41,115 nucleotides of DNA from an uncultured Candidatus Saccharibacteria bacterium (GTDB lineage Bacteria > Patescibacteriota > Minisyncoccia > Phycocordibacterales > UBA12445), in NCBI GenBank assembly GCA_964639675.1, contig CAZXEK010000046.1, positions 1 to 41,115 of the forward strand, given 5' to 3'. Below the pieces are notes generated by a model. That model worked only from the letters and a program-made list of their open reading frames with translations. It did no database searches and was not told where the DNA came from. The first letter of the stretch is position 1; each line of letters starts with the position of its first letter. Shown here one piece after another: positions 15,945 to 24,407 of the stretch. A program made the translations under genes and the position numbers.

Positions 15945-17441
15945 CTATTTTGTTCGCTGGCTTTTATTTTTAGCCTCCTCTTGTTCTGCTAGATGAGCTT
16001 TAATACGTTTTCTGGCCATTGCTGTTTTGGCATATTCAAGCCACTTGTAAGATGGCCTACTATTTTCTCTGGCTTGAATCTCAACGATGTCCCCATTTTT
16101 AAGATTTGTCTCTAGCGACACAAATTTACCATTTATCTTAGCACCTGCTACGTGGTCACCAAGATCGGAGTGAATCATATAAGCAAAATCTATAGAGGTG
16201 GACTCTTGAGGCATTTCGATTACGTCTCCCTTGGGTGTAAAAACAAAGATCTGGTCTTGAAAGAAGTCCATCTGTATATTTTCTAGAAATTCTTTTGAGC
16301 CCTTAACTGTTTTTTGCCATTCTATAAGTTGATTTAGCCATTTGAGTTTCTTACCCAGGAGCCCTCCAGCGTCAGGCTTTCCAAGCTCATCGTAGGCTAG
16401 GTGGGAAGCGATACCGTACTCAGCTTCACGGTGCATTTTATCTGTTCTGATCTGAATTTCGACAATACCACCAGTGCCAGTAAAGATAACTGTATGGATA
16501 CTCTGATAGCCATTTACTTTCGGGACAGCAATGTAGTCCTTAAGAGTTCCTGGTAGTGGGCGCCACGTATTATGTATTATTCCCAGTGTCCGGTAGCAAT
16601 CTTCTACAGTTTGTACGATTATTCGTAGAGCAGCTATATCATAAATCTTGTCAATATCCATCTCATGCCTTTGGAGTTTCTTATGAAGGCTATAAACATG
16701 CTTTACTCGGAAGTCAGAATTCATCTTGATTAAGTTGTCCTTGGCTAATCTCTTACGTAGCACTCTTTGCACATCCTCTAGCTGTTTTTGAACCTCTTGA
16801 TTTTTAATTTGTCTGATTTTATTTGTTTCTTCATACTTCTCTGGGTATGCATATGGGAAAGCGGCATCTTCGAGCGACCCCTTCATCTGTCCCATTCCTA
16901 GGCGATTAGCTACCGGAGCATAGATCTCTATTGTCTCCAGAGCGATACGTTTTCTTTTTTCTGGTTTGACATATTCTAAAGTTGTGATGTTGTGTAATCT
17001 ATCCGCGAGTTTTATTAAGATAACTCGAATATCCTTGGCAGTAGCTATAAAAAGCTTTCTTAGACTTTCAGCATGGCGTTCTATCCCTTGATATTTTATT
17101 TTTCCTAGCTTGGTAACTCCTTGTACGAGAAAGAGAATATCCTGACCAAATTCTTTTAAAAGTTCGGCTGGGGTTGTGGAGGTATCTTCTAGGGAGTCGT
17201 GTAAAAATCCTGCTGCTATCGTTTGTGGATCAGCCCTCATCTCCGCTAGATTCTTTGCCGTTCCAATTAGATGAACTATATATGGTTCACCAGATAACCT
17301 TTTGTGTTCTTTATGTGCTTCTTTAGCAAAATTATATGCCTTATTGATTAGTTTGATATCGTCCGGTCCACGGGAAACCATCAAATCTAGAACTTCTTTT
17401 ATGAATATTTCGGGGTCGTTTTTTTTACTTACCTCCTGCAT
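15945..17441 (-). CDS. rel: Bifunctional (p)ppGpp synthetase/hydrolase of the RelA/SpoT family, short form ending after the TGS domain
   Basis: HD hydrolase motif (HLIGTA...FLHDSLEDT), synthetase motifs (KDYIAVPKVNGYQSIHT, EIQIRT) and the TGS region (FVFTPKGDVIEMP). The ATG at 17441 is preferred over the ORF-track TTG at 17504. It overlaps the topA stop by 17 nt. Confidence 0.9.
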   Translation of the reverse strand: MQEVSKKNDPEIFIKEVLDLMVSRGPDDIKLINKAYNFAKEAHKEHKRLSGEPYIVHLIGTAKNLAEMRADPQTIAAGFLHDSLEDTSTTPAELLKEFGQDILFLVQGVTKLGKIKYQGIERHAESLRKLFIATAKDIRVILIKLADRLHNITTLEYVKPEKRKRIALETIEIYAPVANRLGMGQMKGSLEDAAFPYAYPEKYEETNKIRQIKNQEVQKQLEDVQRVLRKRLAKDNLIKMNSDFRVKHVYSLHKKLQRHEMDIDKIYDIAALRIIVQTVEDCYRTLGIIHNTWRPLPGTLKDYIAVPKVNGYQSIHTVIFTGTGGIVEIQIRTDKMHREAEYGIASHLAYDELGKPDAGGLLGKKLKWLNQLIEWQKTVKGSKEFLENIQMDFFQDQIFVFTPKGDVIEMPQESTSIDFAYMIHSDLGDHVAGAKINGKFVSLETNLKNGDIVEIQARENSRPSYKWLEYAKTAMARKRIKAHLAEQEEAKNKSQRTK

Positions 17442-19629
17442 TTTTTTCTTCGAGTTTATGAGGATTATGATTTGGACAGTTTTTGTCACTGCATCTTTCG
17501 CCAATTGTTTTTGTGCCTTCCATCATAAGCTGCTCACATTTGCCACTATCTTTGGTATAACTACAGATCTTGCCTGTTGGTTTTGCTTTTATGATATGTT
17601 TACAGTCTGGGTAGTTGGAACATCCATAGAAGACTCCGAACCTGCCTCTTTTTTCCAGCATCTCTCCTTTTTTACAGAGAGGGCAGATCACCCCCGTACC
17701 GTATTTTTCTTTTAGGGCAGCCTCATCTTTTTTTATATACTTACACTTCGGGTACTTACCACAAGATATAAATTTACCAAACTTTCCATCTCTTTCTACC
17801 AACTTCCCATCTTTACAGGTCGGACACATTTCACCGGTCTCTTTTGGTGCACGCATCTCTTCACCTGTTATGGTACGGGCACCAGTACAGTCAGGAAATT
17901 TTACACAGGAGAAGAAGCGGCCATTTCTACCAAGTTTTATAATCATAGACCCCTTACAAGTGGGACACTTGATATCATCTGGGGCATCGCCTAAGTTCGT
18001 GATTTTGGGTACGTCCTCTTTCGACACGACTATTTTATGGAATGGACCATAGAACTTTTTTAATATTTTAGTATAATCTTTTCTTCCTTCTGCGATCTCA
18101 TCTAGGTCTTCTTCCATCTTTGCTGTAAAGGAGTCACTTATAATATCTCCAAAATTATTTTCCAGAAATGTACTAACCACCTCTCCTGTATCAGTCGGTC
18201 TGAGGGTTTTATTTTCCTTATCTACGTAGCCTCTTGTCTGGATAGTCTGAAGAATGGATGCGAAGGTGCTTGGTCTACCAATACCCCTTTTCTCTAATTC
18301 CTTAATAAGACCGGCTTCGCTGTATCTATTTGGAGGTTCAGTCTGTTTTTCTTCAGCATTGATTGAAACCAGATCCAATTTTTCCCCGATAACAACCTTT
18401 GGCAATTCAACATCTTCGCCTCTTGCTTCTGGATCAGCCAATAGCCAGCCCGCGAATAGAGTGCGTGAGCCATTTGAATGAAAATTAGGGATTGTTTTGC
18501 GAAGGATATTTGAGATGATTTTTGTTTTAAGAATCTCTGCATCTTTCATCTGACTCGCTATGGTTCTTTGCCAAATTAAATTGTATAACCTTCTTTCTTC
18601 ATCACTATTGCCAAGAGATTCATAAGCGGGCTTTGTGGGTCTTATGGCCTCGTGTGCTTCTTGGGCATTTTTAATTTTACTTTTATATTGTCGAAATTCG
18701 AATAGAGCCTCTCCATATTTTTTAGTTATCGTACTTTTAATATTTTCCATTGCTTCAGTTCCCAAATTAGTACTATCAGTTCTCATGTAAGATATATGAC
18801 CGCCCTCATAGAGTTTCTGAGCAATCTTCATAGTTCTACTAGGGGAGAAGCCGAAGCGAGAGCTAGCACTCTGCTGGAGTGTCGATGTGGTGAATGGTGC
18901 CTTAGGATGACGTAGACCCTTATCTTCTCTGAGATCTACCACGATCCAGTCTTCTTTATTGGCCTTTTCTAAAATCTGTTCCGCCTCGACCCTTATTTCT
19001 GGTTCTATCTCGCAGATAGATCTTATTGGATTTTTTTTGACGGTTTTTGTATCAGCGGTTATGACAAAAAAAGTTTTTGGTATAAATGCTCTAATTTCCC
19101 TTTCACGCTCCATTATTATTCGTAGAGCAGGTGACTGAACCCTTCCAGCAGACAAACCATATCTAACCTTCTTCCAGATAAGTCCACTTAGATCATAGCC
19201 CACAAGTCTGTCCAAGATTCTTCGTGCCTCTTGAGCTCGCCTGAGATTTTCATCTATATCTCGCGGCTGATTTATTGCCTCTTTTACTGCCCTCTCGGTA
19301 ATCTCATGGAAGACTACCCTTCTTGGATTTATTAGATTGCAGGCCTCTTTAATATGCCAAGCGATAGCTTCTCCTTCGCGGTCTGGATCTGTTGCCAAGA
19401 GAACTTCTTCCGATTTTTTGGCTAAACTTTTAATTTCAGCCACCACGCCTTCTTTACCTTTACTAATCTCGTAATGGGGAATAAACCCGGCCTCAATATC
19501 AACTGCCTTCTTATTATTTTTTGGTAGATCTCGAATATGTCCGATGCTTGCGACAACTTTGTATTTTTGATCTAGATATTTAGAAATCGTTTTAGCTTTC
19601 GCTGGAGATTCGACAATTAAAAGTTTCAT
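17425..19629 (-). CDS. topA: DNA topoisomerase I with multiple C-terminal Zn-ribbon repeats
   Basis: Toprim N-terminus MKLLIVESPAKAKTI, the active-site region (ISYMRTDS) and several CxxC...C..C ribbons. The start is taken at the conserved MKLLIVESP, not the ORF-track 19782. Confidence 0.95.
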   Translation of the reverse strand: MKLLIVESPAKAKTISKYLDQKYKVVASIGHIRDLPKNNKKAVDIEAGFIPHYEISKGKEGVVAEIKSLAKKSEEVLLATDPDREGEAIAWHIKEACNLINPRRVVFHEITERAVKEAINQPRDIDENLRRAQEARRILDRLVGYDLSGLIWKKVRYGLSAGRVQSPALRIIMEREREIRAFIPKTFFVITADTKTVKKNPIRSICEIEPEIRVEAEQILEKANKEDWIVVDLREDKGLRHPKAPFTTSTLQQSASSRFGFSPSRTMKIAQKLYEGGHISYMRTDSTNLGTEAMENIKSTITKKYGEALFEFRQYKSKIKNAQEAHEAIRPTKPAYESLGNSDEERRLYNLIWQRTIASQMKDAEILKTKIISNILRKTIPNFHSNGSRTLFAGWLLADPEARGEDVELPKVVIGEKLDLVSINAEEKQTEPPNRYSEAGLIKELEKRGIGRPSTFASILQTIQTRGYVDKENKTLRPTDTGEVVSTFLENNFGDIISDSFTAKMEEDLDEIAEGRKDYTKILKKFYGPFHKIVVSKEDVPKITNLGDAPDDIKCPTCKGSMIIKLGRNGRFFSCVKFPDCTGARTITGEEMRAPKETGEMCPTCKDGKLVERDGKFGKFISCGKYPKCKYIKKDEAALKEKYGTGVICPLCKKGEMLEKRGRFGVFYGCSNYPDCKHIIKAKPTGKICSYTKDSGKCEQLMMEGTKTIGERCSDKNCPNHNPHKLEEKNAGGK

Positions 19630-19638
19630 ATTGTTTAT

Positions 19639-19668
19639 ACTATAATCATGTTTGCCAATTGCTGTCAA
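19639..19668 (-). promoter_or_regulatory. Putative promoter immediately upstream of topA
   Basis: Minus strand: TTGACA, 18-nt spacer, TATAGT. The ATG is 9 nt downstream and no SD is present. Confidence 0.35.
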
Positions 19669-19731
19669 ATTACGATTACGGTGAAGTATCTGCTCAGAAC
19701 TCTGAGTAGGCTTTAGTGTTTGGGATTTATG

Positions 19732-19778
19732 GTCTTTTGGGTCTTTTGGGAGCTGAGCTCCCAAAAGACCCAAAAGAC
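19732..19778. repeat. 47-nt perfect hairpin/palindrome (copy B of the TTGGGAGCTGAGCTCCCAA motif, with a tandem 9-mer in each arm)
   Basis: GTCTTTTGG GTCTTTTGG GAGCT-G-AGCTC CCAAAAGAC CCAAAAGAC. The arms are 23 bp and perfect, around a single central G at 19755. It lies between the dprA stop and the topA start. Confidence 0.85.
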
Positions 19779-19862
19779 ACATTTATCTTTTTCGATATGC
19801 CTTGGTAACTGAGAAGCAGCTCCGAAGTTCAATCTTCTAATAGAGTTAGATTCCTGATAAAG

Positions 19863-20729
19863 TTAAATCTCCCTTTGAATTTTTCCACCGAGTTCTTTTA
19901 TGAGACCCCTGATCTCCATCATAGACAATATTGTATTTATCTCATTTGTTTTTATACCAGTTTGTCTTATTAGTTCGTCCTTTGTTAGTGCTTCGATAGA
20001 TATGATCTTCATGATTTTTAGCTCACTACCAGACAAGCTATCGAGATTAAAGTTTTTTAATTCAGTATCTTTTTCGAACCCGAGGGCCTCTAGGACATCA
20101 TTACTTCCACTTACAGGTGTAGCGCCTTGTTTGATTAGTCTGTTTGTGCCGCTTGAGTTTAAAGAAAAAATTGATCCGGGGACGGCGAGAAGATCCTTAT
20201 TGTATTCAGTGGCGAGTCTAGCCGTGATTAGAGTACCAGATCTATCTTCTGCCTCTATAATTAAGATCGCCTGTGAAAGTCCAGCCATGATTCTATTGCG
20301 TTGTGGAAATGTATGTAGCCCCGCCGGCATTTAAGGTGAAAACTCTGAAAGTAGCACTCCTCCAGATTTAACGATCTCATTGGCAAGTCCCAGGTTTGAG
20401 CGGGGGTGTAAAACTTTTCTATCTAAACCAGAACCTGGGACCCCGATTGTGATAAGACCCGCATTTAAGGCAGCCCTGTGAGCTATAGAATCTATACCGA
20501 TAGCTAATCCCGAGACCACAACTATTTTTTTACCCCGGAGCCCAGCAACTATTTTTTCACAAGCCTCTCTACCATAGTTAGAAAATTTTCTGGAACCAAC
20601 AATTGTTAAGTATATAAAATCTTTGCCGGGCCAGACACCCTCCAAGTAAAGCTCTTTTGGCGGTTGCGGGATCTCAAAGAGAGAAGGAGGAAACTCTTCT
20701 GGCTTTAGTTTTCTAATTACAGATTGCAC
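19863..20729 (-). pseudogene. dprA: dprA (DNA processing protein A) interrupted by one in-frame TAA; either a split gene or a recent pseudogene
   Basis: ORF 20331-20729 encodes the N-terminal half (TIVGSRKFSNYG, VVSGLAIGIDSIAH, LLSEFSP). ORF 19863-20330 encodes the rest (FPQRNRIMAGLS, IIEAEDRSGTLITA, C-terminal winged helix). The two are in the same frame, separated only by TAA at 20331-20333. Confidence 0.8.
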
Positions 20730-20769
20730 GGGATTTATGTTAGCACATTTTTTGTTCCCTCAATCAATC

Positions 20770-20817
20770 CACTCCGTCTTACATGACTTCCGATCGGAAG
20801 TCATGTAAGACGGAGTG
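20770..20817. repeat. 48-bp perfect palindrome in the divergent dprA/membrane-protein intergenic region
   Basis: CACTCCGTCTTACATGACTTCCGA|TCGGAAGTCATGTAAGACGGAGTG. All 24 pairs were checked base by base, and there is no spacer. Confidence 0.9.
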
Positions 20818-20945
20818 CAATATGTTACGGAAGCCTAGGTTGACAAACCTATAAATATAAGTACAGTTTGAGTGGTTCTTATTTGAGGTGACTTTGAAAA
20901 TTCAGGTTTTAAAATAGATCGCTATAAGGCGAAATGGAGGTAGGC

Positions 20946-21737
20946 ATGCAAACTGTAACGCCGGCACTTTTAGTCCTTCTTGTGCTAGAGGGTTTTCTTA
21001 ACCTGTATTGCTTCAAGCACGGCTTCGGTGGTCTGGCACTTGATCTTATCTTCACGATCTTCGAATTTGCCACTGTGATTCTCTTGCTTACATCCCTGTT
21101 TGCAACTGACAAGGATGGGCGATTGATCCGAGGGACTCTCGGTTACAAGATTATCACCTGGCTTGACCCAATGGTGGAAATTGAAGGGGCTGTTTATATT
21201 TGCGCTATTTTCTGGAAGCTTGTTTTTTGTCTAGCGGTTTTGGGTGGTCTTCTGGTTACTGCCACTAATTTCATCCTATTTGTAGGCGGAATTGGCTGGG
21301 GCCTTTTCTTTGGGAAAGTCTTGAGTCTCATTATCTTTCTGATATGGATCACAGTAGTCTTCGGTACATTGATTACTCTTGGCATTAAGATTAATGATCT
21401 TTTGGTTGGCTTCTTGAAGACTGCTCATAACGCGGGGGATAGTCCAGGTCCTTTTATCTTTTCTATCCTAGGTTTATTTTTTTCAACTTTTTGGCTTGGT
21501 ATCGGTTTAAATATACTCGCGCGAAATCATGAGGGCGGGACTCTAATCTTACTTGCCTTAAGGTTTATCTACGTTATCGGTATCGGTTTAGTTGCTTTGC
21601 AGACTTCTCTTGCTCTACCCTTCGGTATCTATGGATTCATAACCCACAAAGATATGCCCAAATCTTTCTTGGGTCAGATGGCTGGAGCGGTAAAAAACAA
21701 GATTTGTCCTGTTATGCGCCTCACTCTAAAGGAGTAA
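20946..21737 (+). CDS. Polytopic integral membrane protein, unknown function
   Basis: Multiple hydrophobic helices. GGAGGT lies 5 nt upstream of the ATG at 20946, which is preferred over 20934. A strong terminator follows. Confidence 0.6.
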   Translation: MQTVTPALLVLLVLEGFLNLYCFKHGFGGLALDLIFTIFEFATVILLLTSLFATDKDGRLIRGTLGYKIITWLDPMVEIEGAVYICAIFWKLVFCLAVLGGLLVTATNFILFVGGIGWGLFFGKVLSLIIFLIWITVVFGTLITLGIKINDLLVGFLKTAHNAGDSPGPFIFSILGLFFSTFWLGIGLNILARNHEGGTLILLALRFIYVIGIGLVALQTSLALPFGIYGFITHKDMPKSFLGQMAGAVKNKICPVMRLTLKE

Positions 21738-21757
21738 TAGTTAACAACAGAAGGGTT

Positions 21758-21787
21758 GTCCCACACATCTTGTGTGGGACTTTTTTT
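21758..21787 (+). terminator. Rho-independent terminator
   Basis: GTCCCACACA-TCT-TGTGTGGGAC followed by TTTTTTT. Confidence 0.85.
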
Positions 21788-21810
21788 AAATATCTGTTAA
21801 TATTATATCT

Positions 21811-23067
21811 ATGTTAGATATTAAATTTATTCGGGAGAACCCCGATCTTATTAGAGAGGCTGCCAGAAAGAAACATATTGATTTTGATCTAAACAAACTT
21901 TTAGATCTAGACAAGAGGAGGCTTGCGACTATGACCGAAATAGAAGGTATGCGGGCCAAGCAGAATCAAGCCAGTATAGATATCGTTAAGGCTTCAGACG
22001 AGACTCGACAACTGCTTCTTGAGAATATGAAAGGCTTAAAGCTAGAGATGCAAAAGCAGGGGGAGGCCTTGAAGGAATTAATGATAGGGTGGCAGGCACT
22101 TATGTTGTCGATACCAAATCTTCCTGACATTTCAGTACCTGAAGGAGAAAACGAAACTGGTAACGTTGAAGTTTTTGTTTGGGGAGAGAAACCAGTATTT
22201 GATTTCGTACCCAAAGATCATGTGGAGCTTATGACCAAGCTTGGTATGGTTGACTTTGATCGTGGCACCAAGGCACACGGCTTCAGGGGCTATTTTCTTA
22301 CGGGTACTGGGGCAGATCTATCTTGGGCTATTCTTAATTACGCCCGTCAATTTTTCGGAGAGAGAAATTTCGTTCCTGTTGTCGCGCCAGTAATTTTGCG
22401 TAAAGAGTATTTTTACGCTACTGGGCATTTACCAAGAGAGGCCGAAGATCTTTTTAAGACACAGGATGATGATTATCTCTCTGGTACAGCCGAAGTGGCG
22501 ATGATGGCTTACCACTCTGAGGAGACCTTAGCCTGTGAGGAATTACCGAAACGCTACTTAGCTTTTTCTCCTTGTTACAGAAGGGAGGCGGGGAGTCATG
22601 GTAAGGATACCAAGGGAATAGTTCGGGTACATGAGTTTTATAAATTGGAACAACTTATTTTATGTAAGGCCGATCATGCAGAATCGGCTAGATTGCATGA
22701 AGAACTTAACAGAAATTTTGAGGAGTTTCTAGAAACTCTTGGTTTGCCATATCATCGACTTCTTATCTGCGGTGGAGATCTGTCCGCAAGTAAGGTCAAG
22801 CAATATGATACGGAGGCTTGGTTTCCCTCTCAAAAAGCATATCGAGAGCTTTCTAGTGCCTCGTACTATCACGACTTTCAAACTCGTCGTTTTAGCATTC
22901 GGTATGATGACATGGGGAAAAAACGCTATGCTCATTCTTTAAATTGCACTGCCATGGCCAATACACGATTAATGGCTGCTATTGTTGAGAACTATCAGAA
23001 TGCCGATGGCTCTATTACAGTGCCAGAGTGCCTAAGAAAGTATATGGGAAAAGACAAAATAAGCTGA
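21811..23067 (+). CDS. serS: Seryl-tRNA synthetase
   Basis: The N-terminal coiled-coil begins MLDIKFIRENPD. Class II motifs are present (FRGYFLTG, YRREAGSHGKDTKGIVRVHEF, NCTAMA). TGA stop. Confidence 0.95.
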   Translation: MLDIKFIRENPDLIREAARKKHIDFDLNKLLDLDKRRLATMTEIEGMRAKQNQASIDIVKASDETRQLLLENMKGLKLEMQKQGEALKELMIGWQALMLSIPNLPDISVPEGENETGNVEVFVWGEKPVFDFVPKDHVELMTKLGMVDFDRGTKAHGFRGYFLTGTGADLSWAILNYARQFFGERNFVPVVAPVILRKEYFYATGHLPREAEDLFKTQDDDYLSGTAEVAMMAYHSEETLACEELPKRYLAFSPCYRREAGSHGKDTKGIVRVHEFYKLEQLILCKADHAESARLHEELNRNFEEFLETLGLPYHRLLICGGDLSASKVKQYDTEAWFPSQKAYRELSSASYYHDFQTRRFSIRYDDMGKKRYAHSLNCTAMANTRLMAAIVENYQNADGSITVPECLRKYMGKDKIS

Positions 23068-23086
23068 AAACTTTTAATTTTTTAGA

Positions 23087-23959
23087 ATGGAAATTAATCG
23101 TGAGGCCTTAAGATCTTCAAGAAGAATTAGGCGAAAGAAAATATTTCAGGTTTTTTCTTATTGCTGTCTTTTTTTAGTAGCAATATTTGCTTTGACCAGC
23201 TATCTATTTCACATAGATCAGCTTTACATCAAGCGGGTTTATATTAGTGGTAACAAGCAGGTTGAAGATAGGCAGATATTTAATGTTGCCAAAGAAATTT
23301 TGGACGGTAAACATTACGGTATTTATCCCAAGAATAATATTTTAATATATCCAAAAAAAATGATTATCAAATCTTTAGCTCGGGATATTCCATGGATTGC
23401 AGAGACCTTCATTTCTGCTGCCGGCAACTCCTTACTTATAGAAGTCAAAGAAAGGGAGCCAAAATATTTATGGTGTGACGATCTATCTAAGGCAATTCTA
23501 AATCGCAGTTGTTACTATTTAGATAGTAATGGTTTCGGATTTGATAAGGCCCCGAACTTTTCAAGTCATGTTTACCCGGAATTTTATGGTGGTAATAAAA
23601 GGGGTGGTTATACAGGCAGATCTATTTTACCCCTAGATTCCTTAGGTCATGTTTTAAGCGTGAAAGACTCTCTAGAGAAAATAATAAAGAGTCAATATTC
23701 TCCTTTTGCCCACATCTACGGAGTTTATATTTATAATAATGATGATTATGATCTGCTAATTACTGATGGCAAAAAAGAGTGGAAAATTATTTTTAATTTA
23801 ACTAAGAGTCTTTCAGAAGAGAAGAAATTAAAGATAGAGAAAAAGCTTAAGGCTATTATTTCATCACCATTTTTTATAAAAGAACTCAACAACACAACTC
23901 AGAGTCTTAAATATTTAGATTTAAGATTCGGGAAGAAGGTCTTTTATAAATTTGAATAA
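23087..23959 (+). CDS. FtsQ-like cell division protein (TM anchor plus POTRA domain)
   Basis: N-terminal basic segment and TM helix, then the POTRA-like IKRVYISGNKQVEDRQIF...LLIEVKEREPKYLW. Confidence 0.65.
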   Translation: MEINREALRSSRRIRRKKIFQVFSYCCLFLVAIFALTSYLFHIDQLYIKRVYISGNKQVEDRQIFNVAKEILDGKHYGIYPKNNILIYPKKMIIKSLARDIPWIAETFISAAGNSLLIEVKEREPKYLWCDDLSKAILNRSCYYLDSNGFGFDKAPNFSSHVYPEFYGGNKRGGYTGRSILPLDSLGHVLSVKDSLEKIIKSQYSPFAHIYGVYIYNNDDYDLLITDGKKEWKIIFNLTKSLSEEKKLKIEKKLKAIISSPFFIKELNNTTQSLKYLDLRFGKKVFYKFE

Positions 23960-24007
23960 AAATTCAAAAACCTAGCCTCTTATAAAAATCCAGGTTATAA
24001 TTATAAG

Positions 24008-24403
24008 ATGCTCTTAATTCAACTCCTCGCTAACTATTTCATTTGGCATTATACGCTAGCAATTAAGAATATATTCTTAATTTGGGGAGATTTCGTCTGG
24101 TTTTTATGGAACTACTTTTCTATTAGACAGCTCACCGGAACATTTTTCTTTCCGTGGAAAAGACTCGGGGAAACCGCCACTGATATTTTTGATTTTTATA
24201 ACTATTTTTTCGCAATAGTTATTAATTTACTCATGAGAATAGTCGGTATCTTTATTCGCTCAGTCGTCATCATTTCGGGTCTTATGGGTATACTGCTCAT
24301 GATCTTATCTGGTTTGGTTTTTATTGTAGCCTGGTTTTTTATGCCATTTATTGTCATCGTTGTTTTGGGTGTTGGGCTGAAGCTTTTAACTGGGCCCTTT
24401 TAA
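24008..24403 (+). CDS. Small integral membrane protein, unknown function
   Basis: Three or four hydrophobic helices. The stop lies 4 nt before the Clp-like gene start, so the two are probably co-transcribed. Confidence 0.55.
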   Translation: MLLIQLLANYFIWHYTLAIKNIFLIWGDFVWFLWNYFSIRQLTGTFFFPWKRLGETATDIFDFYNYFFAIVINLLMRIVGIFIRSVVIISGLMGILLMILSGLVFIVAWFFMPFIVIVVLGVGLKLLTGPF

Positions 24404-24407
24404 ATTT

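Noticed and set aside
17302-17715. Antisense or shadow ORFs inside well-supported genes (for example 17302-17715, 19900-20334, 10145-10531, 29356-29766, 33034-33402, 37166-37474, 15639-15923)
   Set aside because: Each lies opposite to, or out of frame with, a conserved protein-coding gene. The peptides are low-complexity and have no start signals, as is typical of shadow ORFs.
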